This document shows positions 52,320 to 64,000 of a stretch of 64,000 bases of DNA, piece after piece. The notes beneath the pieces are model-generated. The model was not told where the DNA came from. It worked only from the letters and a program-made list of their open reading frames with translations, and did not search any database. The DNA lies in the NCBI RefSeq assembly GCF_020745735.1, contig NC_083420.1, positions 30,752,001 to 30,816,000 of the forward strand. The letters run 5' to 3'. Every line of letters begins with the position of its first letter. Position 1 is the first letter of the stretch. The DNA comes from Hemiscyllium ocellatum (lineage: Eukaryota). The position numbers were made by a program, and so were the translations under genes.

Positions 52320-53390
52320 GTTCAAATCAGACAAAGTGTGACCTACTCAAATGAGTACTGTGAAATGTTTACAAGTTGCCACTTATGGCGCCATCTTAGG
52401 CACAAGGTACAGATTCTTCAGGATAAATTTTTAGGAAAAACAATAAGTCCAGCATTGATGATCATAGGAATAAATTAGAAAACTAGAGAAGTAAAAAGTT
52501 CCGAACAATAGTCCTCCCAACCCAGTTGGTGGCTGGCATCTAGCCTGCAGTTCACACTGGGCCTTGACTCCAGCCCTCGCTGGAACTCATCTCAAGACTC
52601 TCAAGGCTAGGATACTGCTCGGGAATCACCTCAAGGCCAAATATCCATGCTAAGGACAAGCCAAGCTGAAAAAACGCCACTTACTGCTGACAGACCACCA
52701 CACCAGGCCAAGAGACCACCACACCAGGCCAGGAGACCACCACACTGGGCCACTGAGAGACCGCCACACCTGGACAGGAGATTGCCACACCAGGCTGGGA
52801 GACCACCATACTAGGCCACTGAGAGACTGCCACGTTAGGCCGAGGGACCACCACACCAGGCCAAGAGACCACCACGCCAGGCCAGGAGACCACCACACTG
52901 GGCCACTGAGAGACCGCCACACCTGGACAGGAGATTGCCACACCGGTCTGGGAGACCACCATACTAGGCCACTGAGAGACTGCCACGTTAGGCCGAGAGA
53001 CCACCACACCAGGCCAGGAGACCACCATGCCAGGCCAGGAGACCACCACACTGGGCCACTGAGAGACAGCCACACCTGGACAGGAGATTGCCACACCGGG
53101 CTGGGAGACCACCATACTAGGCCACTGAGAGACTGCCACGTTAGGCCGAGAGACCGCCACACCAGACCAGGAGACCACCATGCCAGGCCAAGAGACCGCC
53201 ATGCCAGGCCAGGAGACCACCATGCTGGGCCATCCACGCCAGGCCAGGAGATCACCATACCAGGCCGGGAGGAGGCCTCGTCGAGTATATGCTGAGGTCA
53301 GGAGTGAGAGACCAAGAGGAATAAAGAGAGAAGAGGAAAGCAATACAGAAGAGAAGAGAAAAAAAAGAAATGGACAAAGTGGATGAGCTC
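52320..53390 (-). mobile_element. Putative SINE-like element with LINE-type 3' tail and internal VNTR
   Basis: Minus-strand tail aagatggcgcc...tgtaaacatttcacagtactcatttgagt, pyrimidine-rich 5' part at 53320-53390, GC-rich array inside; boundaries approximate. Confidence 0.4.
52691..53268. repeat. Minisatellite with 153-bp higher-order repeat (21/24-bp monomers)
   Basis: Units 21+21+24+21+21+24+21 repeated at 52691, 52844 and 52997, followed by simple monomers. Confidence 0.95.
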
Positions 53391-54802
53391 CACCTGAAGC
53401 ATCCTACTCCACTGGCATACATTACCTGAATTCCCAGGTCTACAGAATGGCAAATTCAAATTGTCAAGTGAACCAGAAAAAATTAGACAACCAAAGGAGA
53501 ATCCAAACCATGTCTGGTCATTCGATCTCCTCTGCTCCAAGCTGACCATGACATTGTCTGCAGAGTTATTAAGTATAACAGAAGTATCCCAACAAGATAC
53601 CTCCTCCAAGTGACCAAGATGGAGTCAGACAACAACTTACTGATGCACAACAGCAAGGAGGTCAATGCTTCGAAAAGCACATTTTAAATCCATGTTGTTG
53701 AAAGGAGGAACTGTACAGGTACAGGAGCCAATCATGAAAACCTGCAGCCCAGTAAAGATGGTGGGTGAACAGAGTCTGCAAGCTCATACATCTTTGAGAC
53801 TAAAACTGGGCAGTAAATGAGAAGAAACTGAGTTCATACATGACCTACACCTTGAACTGAAAAAGCAGAAAAGACTTTCAAGGACACCAACAACATCACT
53901 TAGCAGCAAAATATCAATGGCATCTCGCACGACAATGTCAACAACATACCGACAAGTGGCACACGGTACCAACATCATCCACATCCATACATCAGGAGCA
54001 ACATGCATAACGTTGCATCTACAGCAAGCCAACTCACCATTGAGGGTGCTAATCCCAAATCTACAAGGTAGAGATGGAACATCCTATCAGCTAAGTAGTA
54101 ACATCAATCATATTTTTGCTGGAATCTGTATAAGTCTCCAATAGGGTTCATGTTATTCATAGAATTTGGGGAAATAAAAAATTACAGTTCTACTATTATA
54201 AAGGATTGTTTTATAGAGAATGAAGGGTTTTGCATTGTTTTTATTATTAGTAAAGAACTAGGAAATAATTGTTATATCTTCTGAATGTCACATTTGTTTT
54301 TGCATTTCAGTTCCACGGTCAAGAAACAATATATCAGTCCAGCAGCCACATGGCGAAATACAGGACACGCACATGAAAAAGCTCAGTATTTTGCATCTGG
54401 AGTCTGATTCCACATAACATATTGCAACCAGAAGAATACGGTCAAAGCCTCAGTCCTGAAACCACATACATGACCAAAGTTGTGCCTCAGGGCCATTCTG
54501 AAGCTCTGGCACTCTGACATATATCTGGGAATTTCACAGGAACTCTGAACTTGGAGTGGGGAATTTGCTGGTCCCAGGGACACTCCAGAATTTTCTCTGA
54601 CTCTGAGGGAGAATCAGAGACATCACATGTTTCCACAATACTTGGCTGAATTGTCACCAAGAAGACCATTGCTAGAACATACCTAATCTAACTCCTGGAT
54701 AATTTCGGAATTGACATCTCAATAACTTCCACTCACCATCATATCCCAAATCTTAACATATGCCCCGACCCCAGAAAAATGGGCAACCTTCCCTAACCAT
54801 CA

Positions 54803-54951
54803 CTCTGAGCTGACTAGCTCCCTGACCACCCCCTCTGAGCTGACTAGCTCCCTGACCACCCCCCTGAGCTGACTAGCTCCCTGACCACCCTCTCTGAGCT
54901 GACGAGCCCCCTGACCACTCCCTCTGAGCTGACTAGCTCTTTGACCACCCC
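54803..54951. repeat. ~30-bp minisatellite, 5 copies
   Basis: ctctgagctgactagctccctgaccacccc. Confidence 0.95.
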
Positions 54952-55571
54952 CTTACACCCAGCAATATGTCTCAAACTACCCAAATACCTGCCCCTGACT
55001 GACAACCTCAACGCTTAACGCAACCACTTAACAAACTCCCCCCCCGTCCGCTTGTCCTGACCCACCTAATGCCCCAAATGCAGTAGCTTCCATTACCCAA
55101 CTACCGCTCAACTACTCAAGTACCCCACGAATCCCCTACTCACTTACCTTCATCACCCAACCTACCCACGTAATTACCTCAGCTATTTATCCATGCTCCC
55201 AACTTCTCTTAATACCTTACGCTTCCTCATACTCCTCCCCTTTTGACACGTTAAACACCTTCATTTTCGAGCCCATTTCGCTTCTAAAGATGTAGTCAGA
55301 ACATTGACTCTGTTTCTGTCTCTACATCTGCTGCCAGAGTATTGTCAGTACTTTCTGTTTTGAATTACCCATGCTGCCCACCCAACCATTCACTTGTTAA
55401 TTCACTCAGTCAAAAACCCAACAGTTAAACTTAGCACATGGTAATAGTGACGGTAAAAATGAGGCATGTCCTGTTTCCCCTTCACTCCACTCTGCTTTGA
55501 TGATGTTCCCTGATGCCATGTGTCTGGAAAAGCCAAGCTAAGAAATCCAGTGTCGTGTAAGAGAAGGGAAT

Positions 55572-56893
55572 TTATAGTCATAGAGCATGGAAACAAACAC
55601 TTCAAATCAATTTGTACAGGCTAACTAAATTTTCCAAACGAACAGTCCCACTTGCCAGCATTTGGCCCCTATCCTCTAAACCTTTCCGATTCATGTACCT
55701 ATCCAAATGTCTTTTAAATGTTATAACTGTACCTACATCTATCACTTTCTCTGGCAATTCATTCTATATACGAACCACCCTCTGTGTGAAAAAGTTGCCC
55801 CTCAGGTATCTTTTAAATTTTTCTCCTTCACCTTAAAAATATGCCCTCTTAGTTTTGAACTCCCCACCATCGGGAAAAGACTTTTGCTATTCACTTTATG
55901 TTTACACTTCATGATTTTATAAACCTCGTTCAGGTCACCCGTCAACCCCCCTAAGCTCCAGTGAAAAAAGTCCCAGCGTCTCCTTATAATTCAAACCGTT
56001 ATGTCCCAAAAACATCCAGGTAAATCTTTTCTGAATCCTTTCCAATTTAATAATATCCTTCCTAAAGCAGGGTGACCAAAACTGTACCACAGTACAGCAA
56101 AAGAGGCCTCATCAGCATCCTGTTCAACCTCAACTCCTATACTCAAAGCTCTGAGCAATGAAGGCAAGAATGCTAAATACCTTCTTAACCACCCTTTCTA
56201 CCTGTAACACAACTTTCAATGACTATGCACCCCTTAAGCCTTGGGCCTCCCTGTTCTACCATACTACCCAGAGCTCTTCCATTAATTGTACAAGTCCAAC
56301 CATTTGTTTCTGCTACCAAAATGCAATAGCTTGCATTCACCAAAATTAAACTCTATCTGCTACTCCTATACCCATTGACCCAATTGATCAAGATCCCTTT
56401 GTAATCTTAGATAACCGTCTTCACTGTCCACTATACAACCAATTCTAGTGTCATCCAAATTACTAACCATTCCTCCTAAATTCTCATCCAAATTGTTTAT
56501 ATAAATGAAAAACAGCAGTGAACTCAGCACTGATCTCTGCGGAATACCACTGTTCACAAGCCTCCAGTCTCAAAAACAACCCTCCATCACCATGGTCTAT
56601 CTCCTATCCTCAAACTTTCTATCCAATTGGCAAGCTCTTGCGGAATCCCATGTGATCTAATTTTACTAATCAGTCTACCATGCAGAACCTTGTCAAAGGC
56701 TTTACTAAAGTCCATGTTGACAATGTCTATCGCTCTCCCCACGTCAATCTTTTTGGTTATGTCCTCAAAAAATACAATCAAGAGACACGATTTCACATGC
56801 ACAAAGCCATGCTGACTATCCCTAATCTCTAAGCCTGGTCTCTCAGAATTCTGTCCAACATTTATCCATGCCTGATATCAGACTCACAGGTCC
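55572..56893 (-). mobile_element. Degenerate CR1 RT + 3' end
   Basis: MDFSKAFDKV.HGRL, SGIPQRSVLS.LLF.IYINNLDE, LQRDLDQL. Confidence 0.9.
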
Positions 56894-56991
56894 CATGCTT
56901 CTCCTGAGATTGGGAAACGTGGAGAAATAAGATCATGTCTTAAAAACAGTCAGCATTTCAGAAGAGGAGTCACTCGAGGTCTTAAGTAACG

Positions 56992-57113
56992 TAAGTCTCT
57001 AGGGTCTAACTAAGTGTATCCTGGCATGTTGTGGAAAGTTAGGGAATAAATTGCAGACCCCTAGCAGAGATATTTGTATCATCTGTAGCCACAGGTGAGG
57101 TGCCAGAGGACTT
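56992..57113 (+). mobile_element. CR1 ORF2 fragment inverted relative to the adjacent copy
   Basis: KSLG...VYPGMLWKVRE.IADPLAEIFVSSVATGEVPED. Confidence 0.7.
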
Positions 57114-60100
57114 GATTTCAGAAAGGCTGCATGTTTCTGAGCAGACCAACACTCCAACAATGATTGCTGCACCTCAGAAGATCTGGACCTTGGTTTCTGC
57201 TATTGTTCACAACAGTCCTTACAATGGTATATCACAAAGAGGCAGAAACATCACGGGAGTTGAACTTTCACGTTACTGGTTAGAACGGTTACAATAGAAT
57301 TATTCAATTTCCCGCTGTGTTCCCAATGAGTCCCATTGGACCAACTTGGCACAGGGCTCTCCATTAACAAACGTGAATGAATGCCTAAATCGGAAGCCTG
57401 CACCATCTCTTTACCATGTTGAAAGGAAAGCAAGGCCTTCTCAGAGATGTTAATTAAAGCTAGAAAGGAAACCCAGGACTCTGATGTTCCAGGCTGCCCC
57501 ACCAAAAGAGTCAAGAGAAACTCCCTTCCCATTAATAGCTTGTTGGTGGAAACCTTGCCTTGCTGCTGGGGTGAGCCTTTGGACAACGCAGTCTGCATTT
57601 CCTTTTACCAGCCAGTTATCACATTCCACCAGAAATCAGATCTCAGTCGGCCAATAACATGTAATAAGCTCCACCAGTTAAAATCTGCCAGGTAACAAGT
57701 ACCTCACGGGATTAATGTGATCTTCCAGGCATTGGTTAAAACCAACTTTCCAAGCTCAGGATGAAATGTTATTGCTGTGGTCCAGTAATAAATACACAAC
57801 AATGAGCATTGAAGTTGCAAAGGTTCTAACACATTCAATATTAGCTGGTGGAGTACAGCAATGGTAAACTGAAACAAATTTAAGATGGGCACCAAAACCA
57901 AAATAAACAAAATGCTATCAAGAGATATGTGCTGATTCAGAATGATTTACCTACTTTGACAGGACAGACATGCTCATGATTGCAAGTAATTTTTGGCCCA
58001 AGTTTATAGAAAGTAACATGCATTAACAAAGTATTTGCATCATTTCTGGGCTCAAGTCAATTTTTCCTTTTTATGCTTTGCACAATCTACAACTGGAATC
58101 AAAGTACTAAGCAATTTTGAATATGTTGTTCTTAGGGACTTGGTGTATTTTCCATTCACAAAGCATTTTAGCAGGTTTCTATAGCAGTAACTCACCCAAG
58201 CATTTCATGTGTTAATATTGGGAGCTTTAAAGTCCAGAACAAACAAACCTAATATATTAAAAATGAAAGCAATTACTTCAGAATTTGAGGCAATTTTTGT
58301 GTGGTGGATTTAAGTTCCCTATCAACAATACTAGCCTTTCCTCTAATGCTGATATTCTTCATTGTTTAGGACACTCTGTAGCAATTTGATTTTTTTACTG
58401 ATTCCATGGTTACTTTGATAGGCTCAGGCCTGAATTTGTAGAGTCAAAGAATTCCCTGATCCTGACTAGGGAGGAAGTGCCCCAGATTGTCAGATTTTTA
58501 TTCTGGGTAAGGACGTTAAGCTGAAGTTGAGATTGCGGTCTCCCCTTCCTAGAAAGCATCTGGAAGTAGCTTCAGGCACTGCTGTGCCAGGATGGATTGT
58601 AGGATAGGCCCATTTTTGTGCTTCACCCCAGCTACAACAAAATGCTCTCCAGCCCTCACTCTGTGTACTCCCACAGCCCTCCCCCATCTTTGCCAGTCCA
58701 TGCCACCTTATGCCTATTGGATACTTATTCCCATCAAGTCTCAGGCCTTTGTCAACTACCAGAGTGAAATAGCACCCTTTGATCTTTTCTAACTCTGCAC
58801 CCTTTTGTTCAGGCCAAATCAATTAAATGCTTCCAAAGCCTGACAGATCCTTTGTCAGCTCCCTTGATAGCTCCATTGGTAGTTCCAAACTGTTTTTCCA
58901 TAAGTGATGCACATTTGGCACTCTTGACCTCCCTCAAATTTAATTTACAGCTTGAAAGGAGTACCTTACTTCTCCCAAAGATGTCCCTGCATCTATCTAA
59001 AAGGGTACCCTACCTCTTTTGGTGTGACCTATCACACACAACATTTAGACCTTCACCTGAAATATCCAAATGCAGAAATTTTGTTTTGGTGATCCTACAA
59101 GTGACATTTGGATCTGATTGGAGGCAAGTACACATTCAGTTGCCTCTGTTCAATATAAACATCCCACCTTTCTCTCTTGTCAAGAGGAGTGAATGCCAGG
59201 CTGGAAGCTAGGACTTCCAGATTTGGGCCTCCTGCACTACTATGACTAATCTCGGGACCCCTCCTTCATGGTTTGGATATTTGGACAGTTCCAATTTAAT
59301 CTAGTCTGCCAGTTGATTTCAGTTCTGTATCCATCCTACACGGATTGCTGTTTCATTTTGTATAAATATTCCATTGCTGTCTAATTCGAGAACAGTTCGA
59401 CGCTTTATTTGATCAGTATTTTACAAATGAGCTATGGGGTGTACTTAATCATTGCTTTCAGTTGAGCTACTGTCTTCAGGCTAAATTGGTTTCAATCATT
59501 TTTGTGGATTCAATGGCAATTTCAGAAGTCATCTTGTCTTCTTTAACAAAGTGCAAGGTAAATCTTCACAGAAAATGAATGTCTCAAAGGCTTTAGTTAA
59601 AAAATCATTATTTTAAAAGTCTCATTACCCACAGGTAGAAATGCACTGCTTTCCTTGTGGGGAAAAAAAAATCAAAAAATATTTTTGAATAATGTGCTGT
59701 TACAGTCAACATGAATAATGCAGACAAAGGAAATTTGCTGTTGTTCTCTACAATTCCTACTCTTTAAATTCTGATGGAGAACAACAAAAATTATCTTCTC
59801 AACCCAGTATATAAAACAAAAAAAACTGAATAAGTCAACTTTGTCAAGGTGTCAATCAAGGACGTGATGCAAAAGCAACAAGTCACATTGGATCAACGTA
59901 GGAAGAGATGATGACTCTCACCATCTTTCCTGCATTATGCTATTAAAATTTCACTACAATGAAATTTTAATATCATCTCTCTCTGTAGTTTATACAGAGT
60001 GACCTTTGCTATAGCTTATGGTGTTTGCCAATAGCTTCACTGAAGAACTGCTGGAAGTCCGTTGTGCATTAAGTGAACTAAAGGTAACAAGGTCAACATG

Positions 60101-60649
60101 AAATATACTCCAGATAATAATTTTTCAAACATTGAATCTCTTTTTTTTAAACCATAGATCATGCATATGATAGCTTATATTTAAGTTGATTTATTTGTAA
60201 AGATAAACTCATGGAAAAGCTTGCCGCCCTTCTCAAAGTTGTGCTTGACTCAAAAATACAAGTCTTTACAGGTTAAAAACTTTAGCTGCAACTGGAAAAG
60301 TCCTGCCTCGACTAATGAAGAATGGAAGCTCAATGCACGCCCTCATGGACAGCTAGAAACAGTTAAAAATTGGTAGAGAAAACATTTGCTGAGCAATAAT
60401 TGTTTGGAATAAAGTTTCTAAACCATTTTAGCTTTTCTATCTTCTGAAATGAAAACTCAACCAAACTGGGGTCATCTCTATAATATGTAAGACAGGGAGT
60501 GCTTCAGTTTATGAATTTAACTTCATGTTGCAGGTTTTGTCGACTGCTAGCTAAAGGATCCAGTCAACGTCACATGTTAAGTACTGCAGGATACCATGAC
60601 AGATATAAATACCACTGTGGATGCATCAAAAAGTATCAACAATTATTAC

Positions 60650-60702
60650 CTGAAGAGGTGTTACAAGAAATTTCATCTGCTGCAACGAAGACGAACTGAT
60701 TT
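60650..60702 (-). CDS. RBFOX1: RBFOX1 53-nt alternative frameshifting exon (A53 / mouse exon 19)
   Basis: tcttcttttgcag|aaatcagttcgtcttcgttgcagcagatgaaatttcttgtaacacctcttcag|gtaat = (R)NQFVFVAADEISCNTSS; exactly 53 nt. Confidence 0.95.
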
Positions 60703-63700
60703 CTGCAAAAGAAGATAAAATTGACAATACTGCTTGGTGACAGAGCACGTTTGACTGGAAGATGTGCTAGCTGCCCACTGATCTGATGTTTAAAGATGGG
60801 AGGGGAGAAATTCCTTAATTAAATCAACGTATGGACAAAAGCTTCCAAAACTCAGAAACTATTTAATTAATTGTGAATTTTAGTTTGGTGAATGAATAAC
60901 ATAACTTGAACAAAGTGTCATAAAATAGTTCCAGGTATCAGTTTATTATTTGATGGACATATCATTAAAAAAATTGTTTCTGCACAGTAAATGTATTACC
61001 AAATTAGCATGCAGGGTTTTAATGAGATTGGTTATCTCTAATCTATTGCATAATAGACCTGTCAAAATAGATTCCAACAACATTTTGTGCTTAAAACATT
61101 TTCACAAATTTTCATGCAAACTGAAACATTGCAAATCTTTAGAGTAGTAATATTTTTAGCTTTTTGTTCAACAGCAATAGTTTATTTAAAAATCTGTAAA
61201 TATACTTATTAAATTTCACTTTTTATTTAAAAATTCCTGTGATAATTTTTTTGTTAATTTCACATCACACAGAATTTGAATTTTCAGTTAAACTTCCTAA
61301 TTTGAGAAGAGATCAATTTTCCTTTTTGAAGTATTATGATACTGTCAACTGTTCTTCAAAAACCACTCACATTTAATATTGTATATCAACATCTTTTATA
61401 ATTGGTTTTAAGGGTCCAATGTGAGTAGTGTGATTGCAATAAAAATGCCGGTTACTGCTCATGAATTTAACTCTATCTTGCTCCATGGAACTTTTATTTA
61501 AATTAGCAATATTTCTTTACATCAAATTAAGATTTTTCTTGAAGTTGTGTGCCTCACACTGTTGAAAAATCTCCACTTTCATGTATTCCAATTTAAAATG
61601 GTAGCATAATCAATTTACACTAATTCTGCAGTTACAGGGAGGGAGGTAGAATTTCAACCTGGAACAAAATTATTTGCAAATAACATTTATCCATTTTAAC
61701 ATTACAATGCACTTAGTATTTTGTTTCAAAAAAGCTGGTTTATTATATTAAGTGATAAGATTACTTAAAGTCTTAAATATCTACCATTTCCTTAGATTTA
61801 AATCCATGATTAACATTCCATTTTACAAATATTGACTGCAACCTATCATTTAATATTGGAGCTAGTCTCAAAAAAACCTTTTTAAATGATTAAACTATTA
61901 AACGGACAAAAGCATACATCAGAAAAGATCATGTAGAACATACTACAGATTGAAAACTTGCATTCCAACATTCCCCTATCTGTTTCTCAATAGCCAAAAA
62001 CGAAGCACTTATTGCAAACATTTATGGGTAATTAGCTTCAGTCTACACAAAATCAAACCAACAGCATCTAAAAGCATACTGGTGTAGCGCATGCAAACTG
62101 GAGTTTATGGTACTGCATTCAATGTACAAAGTGCATATGCATGGATATAGAAATGCAAACAGTCAAAGATAAATTTATTCAATGGCATATATTTTGATCT
62201 AGTAGTTCAATGATTTTCAAGAAAGGAACCCTGGTTGCAAGCTATGATACACAAGCCAGTACACTTTACACAACAAAATGCACCAATCAAATCAAAAACC
62301 ACCAGGCAGCCAAACAAGGCAAAAAATCCTTGCCCTGGGGCTTTGCTCAAGAAGCCACACAGTGAACTTTTGTGATGGATCTGTCAGAAGTGATACAGCT
62401 TTGCAGATAAACTGAATCATCAAGTGAATATGCACTGACAAAATGACAATCCATCCCTCTTCCCTGAGACCGATAAGGTACGAAAGGGCTTCAGAGTACT
62501 ACTAAGTGTGAAATGACAGAGGGTCAGCATAAATCCTTTACAGTGCCATTAGTACTTACACACTCTTCAATGAACATGCTTTCAGCACACTTGGTGACAA
62601 GATTTTAGCTATGGACATGCATTGTGTAATACATAGTAGCTTGAATCAGTTGTTCTGCTATTTGTGTTTTGTTTATAAAAGAAGAGTAGTTTATCTTTCT
62701 GAAACAAGGTTTAATTCATGTCAGGGGTATAATCTTGATGAATGTGTACTCACTTAATTGTGTTCAATGATCTGTTGCTGTTTGATTACTCAAAACAAAT
62801 AACCATTGGCCCTTGTTGCTTTTTGTTAAAAACTAGTCCTGTGATTTGTGACCATTTTGTTGGTATCAATTTATTTCTGTGCCACAATTCGTGCAATCTT
62901 ATTGCATTCCAAAATCACGTCTGATGAAACTCACTTGTAACAAAAAAAATTGCAGAAAATTGTAAAATAGTATTTAAAAAAAAATAAATTAACAAAATAA
63001 AATAACGTGCTTTTCTGCATATTCAAGTATGCTATTTACAACTGAAGGCTTATTTTGGGTTCCACTCGAAAAATACAATGTAAATCCATGACAACAAAAT
63101 GCAATATAACATAATGTGAAAGAATAACACACTGTAGTTTTATATGCAGGCGTTATTGCATTCTAGGTTTTGTGCAAGCGTGCAAACAACATACATCTAC
63201 CTTACACATGACACAAATGAAACGATGTGTGGAGTGATTAGAAATTCAAAAACAATAGTATACTGTAGTTTCATTGATTCAAAACATTGCTTACACGGGA
63301 AATTCTACGGCCTTAACACTCCTGAACCTTCCAAAGCAAAGATAAACAAAGCAATCAGTAGATTTAAGACGTCCTGATATTCATTATAAAATCAGTCAAC
63401 AAGGCAATCCAATTCAGACAATGGCAATATAGTTCTTTATAACCGTTTTCCATTTTGTACCAGATACTTAAAAGATTGTACATCTTTAACATTATCATAT
63501 TGCAATAAAAAAAGCCCTATCCATTCTGGAATTTAAAATAAATTACACAAATTAGCTGACAATGATAGATATGTCATAAGTTCTACAATTGTCTTACTGC
63601 ATAACCCAGACAATTGTTCGACTAATTTACAAGGGGCAAAGAAGACAATCACAAATAGAAACTCTTACTAATAAATTTGAAAAAGACAAGAACACGTCAT

Positions 63701-64000
63701 CCTCTAAAGTTGACCATGGACAGTAGGAAAGCCCCATCACATTTGTTACACCACTGTAAGGACAAGTTTGATTCAATCCTATAATGAGCATGGTTCTGCA
63801 TGAACCCCACAGGAAAGGGCATGTGCCATTTTCGGAGCAAGCACAAATAACCTTACCCAGGATGCCACCTTTAAACTCAAGACAATTTTCAAAAATAATG
63901 AAGGGCTATATATTGAATTTCACTAAGTTAAAAATAACAAAAGTTTCCATTTTAAAGTGCATTCTGTGAAGTTGGTCAGCATTTCTCAAAAACAAGAGTA

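Noticed and set aside
52650-53343. 202-aa and 220-aa repetitive ORFs as real genes, or the array as CRISPR
   Set aside because: Products of a triplet-length minisatellite; no unique spacers or cas genes; eukaryotic intron context.
60703-64000. Upstream RBFOX1 exon (GGYAAYRYAQP..YSD) and RRM exons
   Set aside because: Not found in the window; presumably beyond 64000.

Overview
Vertebrate genomic DNA, almost certainly from a shark or other cartilaginous fish (HE1-type V-SINEs, abundant CR1, Tx1-like and Penelope-like elements). The right half holds the 3' end of RBFOX1 (A2BP1) on the minus strand. It comprises the 53-nt alternative frameshifting exon (60650-60702), a 27-kb intron, the 76-nt penultimate exon (33528-33603), a last exon with two in-frame acceptors ending [10 protein letters not shown] (33114-33236), and a ~1.6-kb 3'UTR. 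The window carries many retroelements, including a young CR1 with an uninterrupted ~850-aa ORF2 and a young 5'-truncated Penelope-like element (PLE; RT + GIY-YIG). Two things stand out. (1) There are many PLE-derived minimal hammerhead ribozyme (HHR) cassettes. One is a TSD-flanked concatemer of a ~389-nt internally deleted HHR monomer that looks like a retrozyme, and several are TSD-flanked hairpins. (2) Once the young insertions are removed, the backbone at ~0.7-28 kb reads as a decayed, intronless, gene-dense, bidirectional element. Its reading frames run through the insertion sites and include two possible paralogues. It is a candidate fossil endogenous virus or giant mobile element that I cannot assign to a family.
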